64,000 nucleotides of DNA from Harriotta raleighana (GCA_050575255.1 JBNZDD010013718.1:3591098-3655097), one strand, 5' to 3'. Positions 51,758-64,000 are shown, counted from the stretch's first letter. Translations and numbers: made by a program. Notes: generated by a model from the letters alone, not told the origin.

Positions 51758-53469
51758 TCTTGATAATGGCTAGCTAGCGAACAAAGGGACAAGCTCAAAT
51801 TCGAAACAAATTTTTATTGATTTACCAAACCAAAGAAAGACTACTAATATTATATCTATCAAATGTTCTCCAAATTTTATTTTGAGGAACAATCCATCGG
51901 GTAGTGGAGATTAAAAGGAAATCAATAATGCTTGAAAGAAAATGATGTGCTATATTGAAACACTGGCCTTCATCAGAACTAGTAGGTAATGAGTTATACT
52001 TGTTTCATTTGGAAATGTGTCATAATGTGGATTGCTTATCGAAAGCAATGCATATTTTGTTTTTAAAACTTATAGAATTCCCTCCAGTGGCTTAGATAAC
52101 AGAGGGAGACAAGAAAATAAAAAAACAGCGAAAGAAAGAAATCAGATCCACACAGCAAGACCAATAATTGAAGCACAAGACTGATGATTAAGCTTACTTT
52201 TTTTTATCACTTAGGAAACGTGGGACAAGATCGGGTATGTTTTCATATGTAAGTGTTTACAGAGAAATACTAAGAATTCACAAACTAACAATGGAGTGGT
52301 TGAAACCATTTGAGCCTTTGAGCCTGGAAAGGATTGTAAGCAAAAATTGGCAAAGGAGGAAGCAATGACTGTATTTGTAGCTGACTGCTATTGGAGTTGA
52401 TGAAAAAGCTGAATAAATGCAATGTTTCGTGCTCCTGTATGCCATTGGAGGTGATGTTTTAGAGTTTACAATAAATACTTACAGAGGAACAAAAGGGTAA
52501 TCTTGATGTGGTCTATGAATGTTCCAGACCCTATTGTAAGCCATGTAAGAACATAACATACGAGAGACCCAAGTTTAATACGACATTCCAAGGATTAAAT
52601 GAAAGCATTGACCAATACATGACAGACCTATAACATTTGTGGGAATCATTTGTGTCTGAAGAATTGTATGTTAGCTTAATCAGGGACAAGATAGTTTGCA
52701 GGATAAGATAAGGTGCCATCAGGGAAAAACTACCAAGAGACTTTGATTTAGCATTACAAAAGCTACAGAGATTTGTTGCGTGGCTTCTGAGTCACAATTG
52801 GGAAACTTAGGAGGAAAGATGATGTATTCAGAAAACTGATCCAATAGTCAGATGAAAAGGTAAAAGTGATTTAGTGGAGGGGCGTGGGGTGGGGGAAGGT
52901 AAATTTTGAATTGTATAATCTGTGCAAGACAATACAGATACAAATAAATTATGTGATAGTTTCCAGAGTTAAAGCCATGTGGGGTTACTTGCCTCCATGG
53001 GATTTTGGCAACTGTATATGTAGCTGAACAACTATCGCTACATCTGTTTTTTTTTAGCTTGCTCTTTTTAGCACATTAAAATGCAAACAAATCAATTGTA
53101 AGTAATTAAAGTCAATTGTAGTGACTGTTTATATAGCTGCCAACGTTGCAATTATTCACTCATGCAAAGTATCACAAATAGCCGTGAGGTGAATGACCAA
53201 TCTGGAGCCCTGTTGGCCAGGGCATGATAAATATTTTGTAACTTTTAATTTAAAAGGGTGTCAATTTAACTATCCCAGCATCCAAAATGTACAATAAGTA
53301 TTCACTATCTATTGACACCAGATAATGCTTGATGGTACTGACCTTATGATATAATGCTGCTGTGCTAGGGTTATAGCGTATTAGGTTTACAGTATTGCAA
53401 TGGGTGATACACTTGGCTCAAGATATAATACTGATACACTGGGTTTACATTATTGCTAAGATCAGAGTC

Positions 53470-53657
53470 CAGTAAAAGCTTGGTTATCCAGCATCCAACC
53501 AACCGGAACGATCAACCAAAATAAATTTTAAAATAAGTTAATTTTTTAAGTTAATCAAATAAGTTGATTTCCGGCAACTTGCTGCTCGAATATCCGGCAG
53601 AGTTAATTAATCAGCAGCCGTCGGGTCCCGAGGGTGCCGGATAACAAAGCTTTTACG
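53470..53657. mobile_element. Tc1/mariner (Tigger/pogo-like) MITE, about 188 bp
   Basis: Left TIR CAGTAAAAGCTTGGTTATCCAGCATCC; right end GGGTGCCGGATAACAAAGCTTTTACG followed by TA; internal ACCGGAA/ATCCGGCA subrepeats. Confidence 0.75.
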
Positions 53658-54630
53658 TATAATGCTGATGTACAGTACTTGGCTTATTGGATACATGTAC
53701 AATTCAAGGTCTCTTAACAATAAACGTACCTTTTCCTTAATGCCGAATCTTAGCATGGTTTTCGCTGGTATTTGTGTGCCTGTCTTTCCCTCTGTTCTTC
53801 AAATCTCAGCTAGTTCTGAACATGGTTCTCTACCTGCATCAAAGAGGGCAGATGTCAGTCAATCTGATGTGAACTTACTCCAGATGAATGACTACTCTTT
53901 AAAATTGTAGCTCATTCTTTCAAAGCAGGCTTTGTCTCCGCCTCAGCACGATCAACTTGAATATTAACAGTTTCTTTTCTCTTTAATGTAACTTAGTAAC
54001 AAGTCAAGTCCAACCAGTCAGCACACAGAGACAGAATTCTCTGTAGATATGCCAGAACCTAAAGGGTACAAAGGAGCTCACATTAAAGACATACTCCATT
54101 TGGACAGCCTAATTCCGCTTAAAAGCATAATCATTGTCTGATTCTGTAAAGCGAGCAACTTGGTTTCTCTTTATGAATATTTTACCTGTTATGGGTAGAA
54201 TTCTGTAATGTATTCAAGATATAAGTCACTTTCAGAGGCCGTCATCTATTTTGTGAGATCACAAGTTACAAAGGCTGAACATTAAGCACGAATTTACTGA
54301 ATCAGCAATTTTTAAAATTGAATTTCCACTGCCTTGTCAAAGACTATCACACCACAGATGTTTCATAGCTGCACACATCGTTGCCAGAGCATCTGAATAC
54401 CTTGCCAAAATATCTGAATTATACTTTTACATTAGGTGACTCACTGCTGCCCTGGCCTGGCAGTCCAGGCTGTGTAACTAAACACAGGGAATATGAGCAG
54501 TGCGGATCATAAGATGCATACAGATTCTTCAGTGAAATCATAAGTGGCCATAGGGTTAATGTCTGAATTTCTCAATAAGGGCATGGAACCAGAAGTTCAT
54601 GGTAATTTATTCAGAAACTTGAAAAGAATG

Positions 54631-54771
54631 ATAATAATCCTTGCATTTGATATAGCGCTTTTCATGTCTTTTGTATAGAAATATCGAAGTGCTTCACAGA
54701 ATATACTGTAAAGTGAATTGACAGTATGTCGGTGAAACGCGGCAGGCAATTGCACACCAGTGTCCCACAAA
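54631..54771 (-). mobile_element. SINE 3' tail, (TTA)n type
   Basis: ATAATAATCCTTGCATTTGATATAGCGCTTTTCA...GCTTCACAGAATATACTGTAAAGTG...GGTGAAACGCGGCAGGCAATTG. Confidence 0.85.
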
Positions 54772-54869
54772 GTCGTTTGACCAATTTATTATTATTATTA
54801 TTAAATTATTATTATTATTTATTATGAAAACCTTTTGTTTTTTGTTTGTGGACATACCAGGCAATATTT

Positions 54870-55205
54870 GGGGGTTCAAGTTGCATGTCTGGATGTATAA
54901 CTCATATTGTCTAGACTGACATGCCAATGTGATGCTGGGAGAGCACTGCATTGTTGGAGGTGCCATCCTTCGGATGAGACGTTAAGATGAGGTTCTGTTT
55001 GCCCATTCAGTTGGATGTTAAAGGTCTCCAGTCTGCTAAAAAAAAATGTTGATTCAGTCATTCCCTATGGCTGCTTGTGGGCCATTGCTGAGTGCAAATC
55101 AGCTGTTCCATTTGCCCTCAAAAACAGTTTCTTCACTTGACAGGATATTCTGTGAAGAGATTTAAGATGTCCTACCAATATGAAATACTTGATATCAGAT
55201 GATTA
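54870..55205 (+). mobile_element. DeuSINE (SacSINE1-like), near full length
   Basis: B-box GGTTCAAGT; core GCACTGCATTGTTGGAGGTGCCATCCTTCGGATGAGACGTTAA; homologous to 24098-24355. Confidence 0.8.
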
Positions 55206-56129
55206 CAGTATAGTATGATTATTTATTTTTATAAATATGATTGCAGAAATTATTTTCAAGAGTTTAAAATGTGATAATATGGAAGCCAAAAACTTTTCAG
55301 AAGTTTATCAGTCAGGTTTACCAATGCATGAAGAGGATAAGTACTGTCATCATATTCTCTTTCCCTGCACCCTCAAGTGTGACTCCTAACATACACTAAT
55401 CAGCACAGGAGACAAAAAATATATACCCCAGTGTCTGACCTTCACTTTTCTCAAATACAGTAATACTGAAGTTTTTTTTGACTAACATGAAGGCAGTGCT
55501 GGCATTATAACAATGACGTGAAGTGTCATTTATGTAAAGCTGAAAAGTTATACTCTAAATAAAGTTTATTACTGAGAAGGAAATTAATTAATAAACATGC
55601 AACTGAAAAATTATTTTAAGGAAACGAACATGAGCCAGATAGATCACTTTCTTCCTTGAAGGAGCCAAGCAGTCCAAGACACTACTCACATTATTTTATG
55701 AATGTAGTTGTTGCTCCTGTTTGATGAGGCTATTATAGCAATGCAAATGATCATTTAGTGCTATACTAATAATAATCCTTGCAAGTGAAGTGACTATGCA
55801 TTTTGGGAGCAAACAAATTTGAAGGGATTATTACCACTCAGAAAGTGATCTGCCAAACGACTAACAACCAGGTTCCTGTTTACCGCTAAGTAAATAGAGG
55901 CACATGTTAATTTTTCATTTTCAAAGAAGGGATTATGTCTGAAAGCACTTAATTCACCTCAGAAGGATTTATTAAAAAGAATACAATTGTGGTGCTAACC
56001 TTCAAGTGTGATGCAAATACCTTCCCATCTTCTAGATTTGTTGGTAAATATTTTAAAATTCAGGCTGTAGAAAAATTTCTATCAGTATCAAATCCAACCT
56101 CATTAAGGGCCATTCCTCAAAATAAAACT

Positions 56130-56330
56130 GTTTTAATTCCATTTTGATAAGCATGCAAAAGATTAATTTATCAGCTTGACTGTGATCTGTTCAACCTGGA
56201 GTTGCAGCTGTTTGAAGTTTCAGCAGCTATTAAAGTTTACCAAGGTTGTGTCATGTAATTAATGATACATTTAGCAATTAGCTCTCCTTATTCATACCTG
56301 GCACTGAAATGGTTTTGCATTTGAAGTGTT
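56130..56330. promoter_or_regulatory. Candidate conserved non-coding element
   Basis: TGATAA/TTATCA, ATGCAAAA, TAATTAAT, GCAATTAG and CAGCTG in a unique block. Confidence 0.35.
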
Positions 56331-59300
56331 AACTATTCTGTGATAATATACACATAAGATACAATAATATAGGAGCAGAAAGCATAGAAACACAAGGGTC
56401 TTGTTCCAAGTAAACAATTAGTTTCTCACTGAAGCATCACTGATGCTTTAATGAAATGAGCAAACAAGCAGTCAAACATGTTGAAATAATTTGCTATCAT
56501 TTCATTTTGATGTGAAGCAGTTTAGAAATTGCCTCATGATGGTCTACAATTTTGCTGGCATTAATGCAGAATCCAGAGTAAAGTTTACCATGGTAAATGA
56601 AAGGTATTAGACTGTAGCATGGACCAGCGCATGTTTCAAAGCAATCTTTTTGTATGGTATGTTACATCACAACAGAAAGTGATCTGAATGCATAGCAAGC
56701 TGTACTGATAAGACAGGAATTTTTCTTTATTTGTCTGGAGACAAGTATAACGGGGAGAAAATGTGATGTAATGTGATAATGATCACTGGTGAATACTATT
56801 GCCAGTTACGGTGATCACATGTTCTGTTAATGTGATTAAAATCAAGCCCTAAGAATAGGTTTGGGATTGAAGGCCACTCACCTCATCCAACCTCTCAACT
56901 TCAGGAAAAAGGAACAGACCATTTTTGCTTTACCCTTCCCTATAAATGCAAGGAATATAGATCATTTGTCTGTCTGAATTATCAGGATGAATTTATTCAG
57001 ATAAATTGAAGGACACTAATTTGCCCTTGTTCAGTCATTTCCATCTACCAACTCCACAGTATAGCAAAGCATATTTTTCACCCAAAATGTAAACATTAAA
57101 ATTGAGAAACTTAAATTCTTGAGTACGGTTATCATTTAAACTATTCCACTGTTCCTGAAGGAATAGTACAGAGCATGCCAGAACCTCTTGCTCTCTCATC
57201 TCCAGAACCTCCTGATCTCTCATCTCCTTGTGATTCTATGAATAATTGTGCTCACTTATTTAAGTTCCTCTTCTATAATTTCAAAGCAACAGTGAAGGTA
57301 TAACAACCCTGGGAAACTAACTATTATGGTGCTGATTTGATGTCTGGAGATGCACTCAGCTCCTTAATTGTAAATTTTACACAATGTGGGATACAGTTAG
57401 TTAAATCTGTCATGTACACCATTTGGTTTGTGTAAAGGGAGATAATATTCCTTGGTCCCAATCCTCAATCCTTTTAAAGATTTAATTCTGCCCGATCTTG
57501 ACAGCTACAAACTATATTGCCTGGAGAATTGGATCCAGCAGTAGGAATAGCTTGCTTACTTACTCTGTTCAGAGGAAAGGAATTAAAGCTAATACCTCCA
57601 TTAATGATTGCTGCTCTAGAGTTTGACCTCAGCATCTTGAGCCTAGTCCTAAACTTAACCTATTTGGTCTATAGATTCCTCCATCATGAACATATTATCC
57701 AAGATGAAAGATAATTCTGCAACTCGCTGGTATACAATACCTAAGTGATAACATTACAGTTTTCTGCAAGTTGTAATGTTGTCAACAATTCACGCTGACT
57801 CTCACTTGATCAACATAACCTGCAAATGAGGTTGGAGAGAGCTCTCTTATAGGTGAGGCATTTTAACTCTTTTGGATGGCTTTGATGGCTGATACTTCAG
57901 CTACATGTGAGTGTGTGGTTTAATCTGGTGTGCTCTTAGAAGAGCACAACACCAATTTATCTTCTGACCTGCCCAAGTTATTGCTTTCATGATCAATAGT
58001 AGGTGCCTTCTGAAGTAGCTTCCCATAGTGTGCAGATTAGTTTAACTAACTCAAGGGTTCACAGAACAATATATGAAGCTCCTCAAAGTGAGATCAACTC
58101 AGCGGGTAATAAGTGCCAAGATATTAAGCATCCCAGCTTATTGAGATCCATGATTCTCACTTGTCCTATAGTCAGCAACAAGGAGCCCCCGACTATTTTA
58201 AGTAGTATTGCTTTCACACTCATTTGGTTTCTTTTATGTGAGTGTGTTAAGTAATGTTGCTGGCTTGCAGGCTTTTCAAATGCCTATTTCAGATGGCTTT
58301 ACAAATGCCTATTTCATCGTACATGATATTATTGGCACAGTGGGCACAAGGAGTAGAAAGGCACTTCTAGCTCTCACCCACTCAACCCCTACTCCCTCCT
58401 TCCCATTGGTTGCACTGTTCATCTGAGTAAAAAATTAGATAAAGAGTTGATTGCTCCCAACAAGTTACCAGATATTCCCTGTATATTTTCTGAGCTTCAA
58501 TGTCACTGGTCAGGATTAAACCATGTCTGAAGTGGGTTGATCTGATCAATAATCAGCCACTTGACAGAGCAAGAAGAACCGTTAATCATGAGCTATGTTG
58601 AATCATCCTTGAGAGAGGCAGCGAGGTCAATATGTATGACACTTTTCCCACTTAGTGCCCAGCTTTATTTGTTTCATCTGGTAAACATTTGTCCAGTATG
58701 AGATAGACGCTTCAACATTAAAATATGAGGTGCTCTTGGGTCAAAGGTTACTGCTGACCTGTTGGTTCCTGTGTAGAAGTCAGAGTGTTTCATACTCTAA
58801 CAGTCTTCAGGTGAATACACTTTGCTATTGGCCACTTGGGCATGTAGAGATTTAGTAGTACTTAACACTTCAGTGGGTGTCAATTCCCTTTAACTGCAAA
58901 AGTGGATATGTCTTATATATGTGGTTCATTTTTTTAAATTCTGAGCCAGTTGCTCACAGGAATACAAACGATTTGTCACTCATTTTTCACTCCATTGGTG
59001 AATGAAGATTGCCATTGTTCAATATGTACTATATTGGGGCTGGGTATTGTAACTTTTGATGCCACACCAATGGGTTTTTAATTTCCCCAAAGTACTCTAA
59101 GGTCCATTTGAAATATTTGCACATTCACTTGAAATGCGTTCATAAGTTAATATTTTGTCTGTATAATGAAGTTACAATAGATCCCTCCCAGAACAGTTCA
59201 ATTTGAGTTTTCACTTGTCGGGAATCTTGAGGTTAACAGTACAAATTACTCCACTGTATATTATTTTTCTTTATAAAAAATTAAGTTAAATTTGACCAAT

Positions 59301-59614
59301 ATGCATGGCATATGTTTATCAGAAATACTTGACAAATCAAAGCAATTATTTTTGAAAAACATACAAATTACTGAGACCAAGCAAGTATGAAAATAACATG
59401 AATAATTTAATCATAGGATAATTTTTGTTTCATAGAACCATAACACATTGGTATTTTGTGTGGATAAGATTTAAAGGTGATATATTTTACAAACAATTTA
59501 CGTTGAGAGCTAACAATATAATATACAATTTGATAATAATCACTAATGTTCATCTATCATCTCACACATCACATTTTTCACCTTTTAATGGTCGTTGGAT
59601 AAGGGGAAACAATC

Positions 59615-59741
59615 GGGTGCATTTTCCCCCCAGTTAGAAAACGAATCAGAATTGGCACTGGACACATAGAATGGGAAAATCCTATTAGAACTACTTTGTG
59701 CCAATTCTATTAAATGTCCCAACAGGCGGAAAATTAATCTC
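59615..59741. mobile_element. Degenerate palindromic MITE
   Basis: Imperfect terminal IR GGGTGCATTTTCCCCC...GGCGGAAAATTAATCTC; perfect internal IR AGAATTGGCAC (59648) / GTGCCAATTCT (59698). Confidence 0.55.
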
Positions 59742-60084
59742 AATCTGTTAATTGTCGAAGTAAAAACAATATTTAGATCACCAGCCCAAATTCCTGAAAA
59801 TTTAATGCAATAATTGAACTTGAAATGTAACTATTCAATTGGTAAATGTCATATACAGTATATTGATTTTTCAAATTTCTTCTTTTTAGTCAGCAGTGAA
59901 CATTATATTCAACAAGAAGACTTTATTTAGCCTGACAACTGAATACACTCTGCTTACCATTTTCATAGCTTGAGTAATTCAGTCTTCAAATGTAATAGCG
60001 AAACAAAGACTACAACTTGCAGAATAAGATAACATATTTGGGACTCCCTGAATACCTTATCTGTAAAGCCTACACACAGATTGA

Positions 60085-60415
60085 AACAACCATACATACC
60101 CAGCGACTGCAAGTTCACTTCCATATCTGTGCAGAGTTAGCAGATCTCAGTCTACAGTAAGAATGTAACAATTGGTTTCAGTGCCTCTGGTCTAGGAAGG
60201 GCAAAATACATCTAGTGTTTCTCCTCATGATTACTATTCAGTGATATCTGCTGGAATGTGTTGACTAAGGATTTGTTCAGATTGGTTTACAGCTATGTTG
60301 CACACTTTCTCCCTGGGCAAATAGCCTGCCACAGTCCAAGTCCAGACTCACATATGAGGAACATGGGCAATATCCGCAGAACCATGAATTCATGCTTTTA
60401 GGAAAACAGGAGGTC
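60085..60415 (+). mobile_element. AmnSINE2-like SINE, near full length
   Basis: TCTGTGCAGAGTTAGCAGATCTCAG...ACAATTGGTTTCAGTGCCTCTGGTCTAGGAAGGG...AAATAGCCTGCC...ACTCACATATGAGGAA. Confidence 0.6.
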
Positions 60416-60871
60416 AAACGGGGAAACGAGAAGATAACACAAATTTTACCATCACTTCAATTTGTCAGTGATCTGGAATGAGATCAGAGCTAGATGTGTA
60501 CCAACCATATATCATTTTATCCTGTAGGTGTAATCAGTTCCAATTTAACAAAGGAACAGTTGTGTCAAACACTAGCCATCTGATTAGCTAGTTCATATCC
60601 AGACAGATATTCTATTCAGTACCACAATTCCCCAATTGTTCGCAACTTAAAGTGAACTCTTCTAAGACTGGTAGGGTGGGCTATCACAAGATTATACTGA
60701 GCTCTAGTTATCAACTTTCTAGCTACAGTATTTGGAGCACTGGTAGCATTTTCAGTACAATTTTCAACAAACTGGAACATTTTGAAGCCACAGTAATGTC
60801 ACATTAACTCTGAGCAATGCTCATATTTTACTGGTGGCTTAACAAAAAAAGCCTATGTGCATAAAATGAGG

Positions 60872-60994
60872 TTTTGCATTGTGCATCATGTCATCAAGGT
60901 GTCTCAAAGCACATCAGAGGAAAACCGTAAAGTAGAATGACTGTATTTTGTAAGCGAAATGTGGTTACTGTTTATCCACACAGCAATGTCCCAG
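60872..60994 (-). mobile_element. Degenerate Deu-type SINE tail
   Basis: TGTCTCAAAGCAC...GTAAAGTAGAATGACTGTATTTTG...CACAGCAATGTCCCA; similar remnants near 53060-53270 and 55768-55970. Confidence 0.55.
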
Positions 60995-62308
60995 TCATGG
61001 AGTGAAAGATAAGTTGTTTTTAACAAGAGGAGACATACTGTGTTGTCCTAGTATGGAATATTGAGTAGTAACCTTAATACATTCTTGAAAAAGACAGGGA
61101 GAGCTGCAAGATTTATGGCTGAATTGGCTAATGAGTTGTGACCTGTGGTTACAGTAAGTTATTCTATCAAAATCACCAAAGTATCCAACCATTTAAAAAT
61201 GCCACACAAAAGACAAACAATAGTTTGGGTCCTGGGATGCCAAGAGCTAGATCTTCCACTAGGTCTAAAATCCAGGATGACCTTGAGACAAGAGGCTATG
61301 TGTTGATGAGTTGGTGAAACGCTGATCTCTCTCTCTCTCCTATCCATGCTTCTCCCTTCCCCAACCTCAACCTTCATGATCGACACAGATTTTCCAAATC
61401 TTGTAGAAAAGAGTAGCCTAGTGAGCCAGACTGCACACCTCTCAATCATTCAAACATCCTATTACATATAACTTATGTAACCTGCTTCAGAGTCCCCTCC
61501 ACACACCTCTCCACTGCATGAAGTAGTTATTTGTTATATAGATAATTGTATAATTATTGTTGACCTACTTTACACATTGATGCTGTATTTTAAAAAATAA
61601 ATAAAAACATTTCATGCTATAAAAATAAAGACCTTTAAACATAAAATAATTTGAACAGTATAAAAATACACACAGTTTCCATTTTGTTCTCAGAAAAAAA
61701 TAAAATGTTACTTTCTTGGGCACTTGATTATACCTTTGTGCAAAATGCATCACTGGGGTTAAAATGGCTGGTTTGTACTCTCAGATGCAAGTCTCGGAAG
61801 AATTTTATTCTGCTTCAAAGCTGCAAAAGTTATTTTGCTAGTTAATGTGATTGGAGCCTAATTTCCAATAATTTGCATATTAATGCATTGTTTAAAGATC
61901 TGTCATTTTATTTTTAATGAACCATGTTGCTAAAAGCCAACTATTGGGACTGTTAATACATTTAGAATATTTGATAAAGATATATTTCAATACGTAAGGT
62001 TTTAATAAAAGTGTTTGCATTTTTTCCCTATTAGTATGGTTAGGTAACCATGTGATATTCAACTTGTAAGCAGTCTGCTGTTTGTCACCAGCAATTAATT
62101 TTCCTGATGCTCCCCTCCGATTCACTTTGGGCTTTGTGCTTTGAATCTTGTGATTATAAGCCTCCTCTGTTGTATTGCTGCAGAATGCTCAGTCTGTCAG
62201 ATTATCATGATGCAGCTGAGCATGTAATTGCTCAAATGAGTTAAAATCCCTTCGAATGTCTGTCTTTGTACCTCATCGCACTACTTCTTAGACTAAAATA
62301 TTTGACAA

Positions 62309-63275
62309 TTGATGGAGATAAACTAAAAGATCTTCATTAGCTACCAACCACCGTGACATGTTTTTATGCTGAGGCGGTTGTATTCCATCCCTGTTATCAA
62401 GTCAAAAACTGGGGGGGAAATGGTGAATCACTTGAATGTGATAAACTATATTTTAACTTTGTTCTGCATTAAGTACCAGAGTGACTGAGTACTCCTTCTC
62501 AGAGACAATTGAACAGTCTTTGAACAAACAATCTCGCTGAATCAGTAGGCTCCAAATATGGGTTAGAAACCTTTCGGGGATTAAATGAGCATTGTTGCCT
62601 TTTCAAGTGCACTGAAGACACTTTACAATGTTTGTACACAGAGGAATGTGCAATGACGTGAATGCTAATCCAATGATGTCATCACATCCTTCCTTGGTCT
62701 GCTTCGATGTTTTTGATTTTAATGAGTTTTTAATGGACATATGCATGCTCTGTGCACAGATATCCGAATGCTAAAACTGGCAGCTTGAAGCTTTTCAGCA
62801 ATGTGTTAGAAACAGCATCTTTCTGCCTCTTCTAAATCTCTTTAGATTACGCTGGGTATTACCCTTGTCGTAACCTCCAATCAATGAATGAAACATTCAA
62901 TGAAATTCTAAATTGCTTTCCATTTAGCAGAAATATTTCAGTTTATTTAGAAGGCGGATTCTGTTCATTTGGGAATTCATGTTGTATCCACCTGTCGGGC
63001 ATTAATTAATTCCAATGTACTGATATCCTTTATATACAGACTCTTGTTTCATTTAACAATGTGTAATCTACATGTTTTCTTTTGGGTTTTGCCAATATAT
63101 GGTGTTGAATTATGCATTGATTTTTTAATACACTTTTTGTTAATATATTTGGTTGATTTGTAAAGGATAAAACATAGTTTAGCAGTGCCTCTCCTTTGAA
63201 ATAAACACCAGACAGATAATTTGATGGAGATAAACTGAAGGATCTTCTTTAGCTACAAACCACCGTGATATGTTT
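62309..63275 (+). repeat. 55-bp direct repeat pair (62309-62363 and 63221-63275)
   Basis: TTGATGGAGATAAACT...CCACCGTGAYATGTTT, 50/55 identical, 912 bp apart. Confidence 0.9.
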
Positions 63276-63334
63276 GTAAGTCTTTTCCTGAAGAGCAAAG
63301 GACGATTATGGCATAATTCAGAAAATGACAGTAA

Positions 63335-63514
63335 CCAAATAAAAGCTTTTAAGAGAGAACTAGATAGGTATCTGGGGAAGACGGGTTTGCAGGGTTATGG
63401 GGAGAAAGCTGGTGATTGGGGTTAATAAAAGTGACATTGCTCTGACAAAGAGCCGGCACAGACTCGATGGGCCGAATGGCCTCCTTTTGTGCCATAACAT
63501 TCTATGATTCTATG
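63335..63514 (+). mobile_element. CR1 LINE 3' end (relatively young)
   Basis: ORF2 end FKRELDRYLGKTGLQGYGEKAGDWG* (63348-63425), GATGGGCCGAATGGCCTCCT, and (ATTCTATG)2 terminal repeat. Confidence 0.92.
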
Positions 63515-63594
63515 ATGATGAAAACCCGCCAGCAGCAAATTAAGTGTTTGCCTTACCCATATAGATAACTTTTATATAAAAAAATGTATAATAA

Positions 63595-63756
63595 TGCAGC
63601 TGCTGGAAATCTGAAACAAAAACAGAAATCGCTGGTAACAACCAGTAGGTCAGGCAGCATCTATGGAGAAAGGAAAAGTGAGTTCTGATGAAGGGTTGTG
63701 GACCTGAAATGTTGACTCACTTTTCCTTTCTCCATAAATGCTGCCTGACCTGTTGG
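63595..63756 (+). mobile_element. Palindromic Penelope-type non-autonomous element
   Basis: 43-bp arms 63642-63684 and 63714-63756 (39/43 complementary) enclosing a hammerhead core; arm shared with 6201-6291. Confidence 0.75.
63676..63722 (+). ncRNA. Minimal type-I hammerhead ribozyme motif (probably decayed)
   Basis: Stem I AAGTGAGTT; CTGATGA (63685-63691); stem II AGGGTTGTGGACCT; GAAA (63706-63709); TG-T-T; stem I' GACTCACTT. Confidence 0.7.
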
Positions 63757-64000
63757 TAGATATCTTTTATGGTCAATATAAGATAAACACTTTATTTCTC
63801 TCCAGTTTTCTGCCGTGCTTATCTGAAGGTGCTTACATTATTGGAGTAGAGTTCCATGGGTGCTGCTTGATATCTCATCAAGTGACCATCCTTCTTGTGT
63901 GTTCTGATGTTGTCTTTGTAGGCAGATTATTCAACTATGCTGAGTCCTACAGCGAATTCCAGCTATTGCAAGGAACACCCCTGCTTTTGTCCTGATTAAG

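Noticed and set aside
52480-52930. Degraded CR1 ORF2 (DVVY and RGDLxE-like hints)
   Set aside because: Plausible but too decayed to delimit or support.
57178-57225. 24-bp tandem duplication (also 14-bp near 40313 and 15-bp at 58277/58302)
   Set aside because: Real but ordinary slippage duplications with no functional signal.

Overview
AT-rich, CpG-depleted vertebrate non-coding DNA (gene desert or very large intron). I can support no intact protein-coding gene: the six-frame ORFs are short, and those with recognisable motifs are broken transposon fossils. The repeat content points to a cartilaginous fish, possibly a holocephalan (inference): CR1 and L2 LINE remnants, tRNA-headed Deu-core SINEs, an AmnSINE2-like SINE, and a palindromic Penelope-type element. 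Main observations: (1) a minimal type-I hammerhead ribozyme fold inside a 43-bp hairpin of a Penelope-type element (63595-63756), with a second half-copy at 6201-6312; (2) a frameshifted fossil of a Cys-rich P2X7-ballast/KolX-like domain (23345-23660, minus); (3) fossils of a Gypsy/GIN-type integrase (38895-39420) and a PIF/Harbinger transposase (44065-44320); (4) about nine ~60-bp L2-tail-only insertions that share one 5' boundary at the base of a stem-loop; (5) several repeat-free, motif-dense blocks that look like conserved developmental enhancers; (6) two N-bridged duplications (1511 bp and 93 bp) that are probably assembly artefacts. Family names come from recalled consensus motifs, not database searches.
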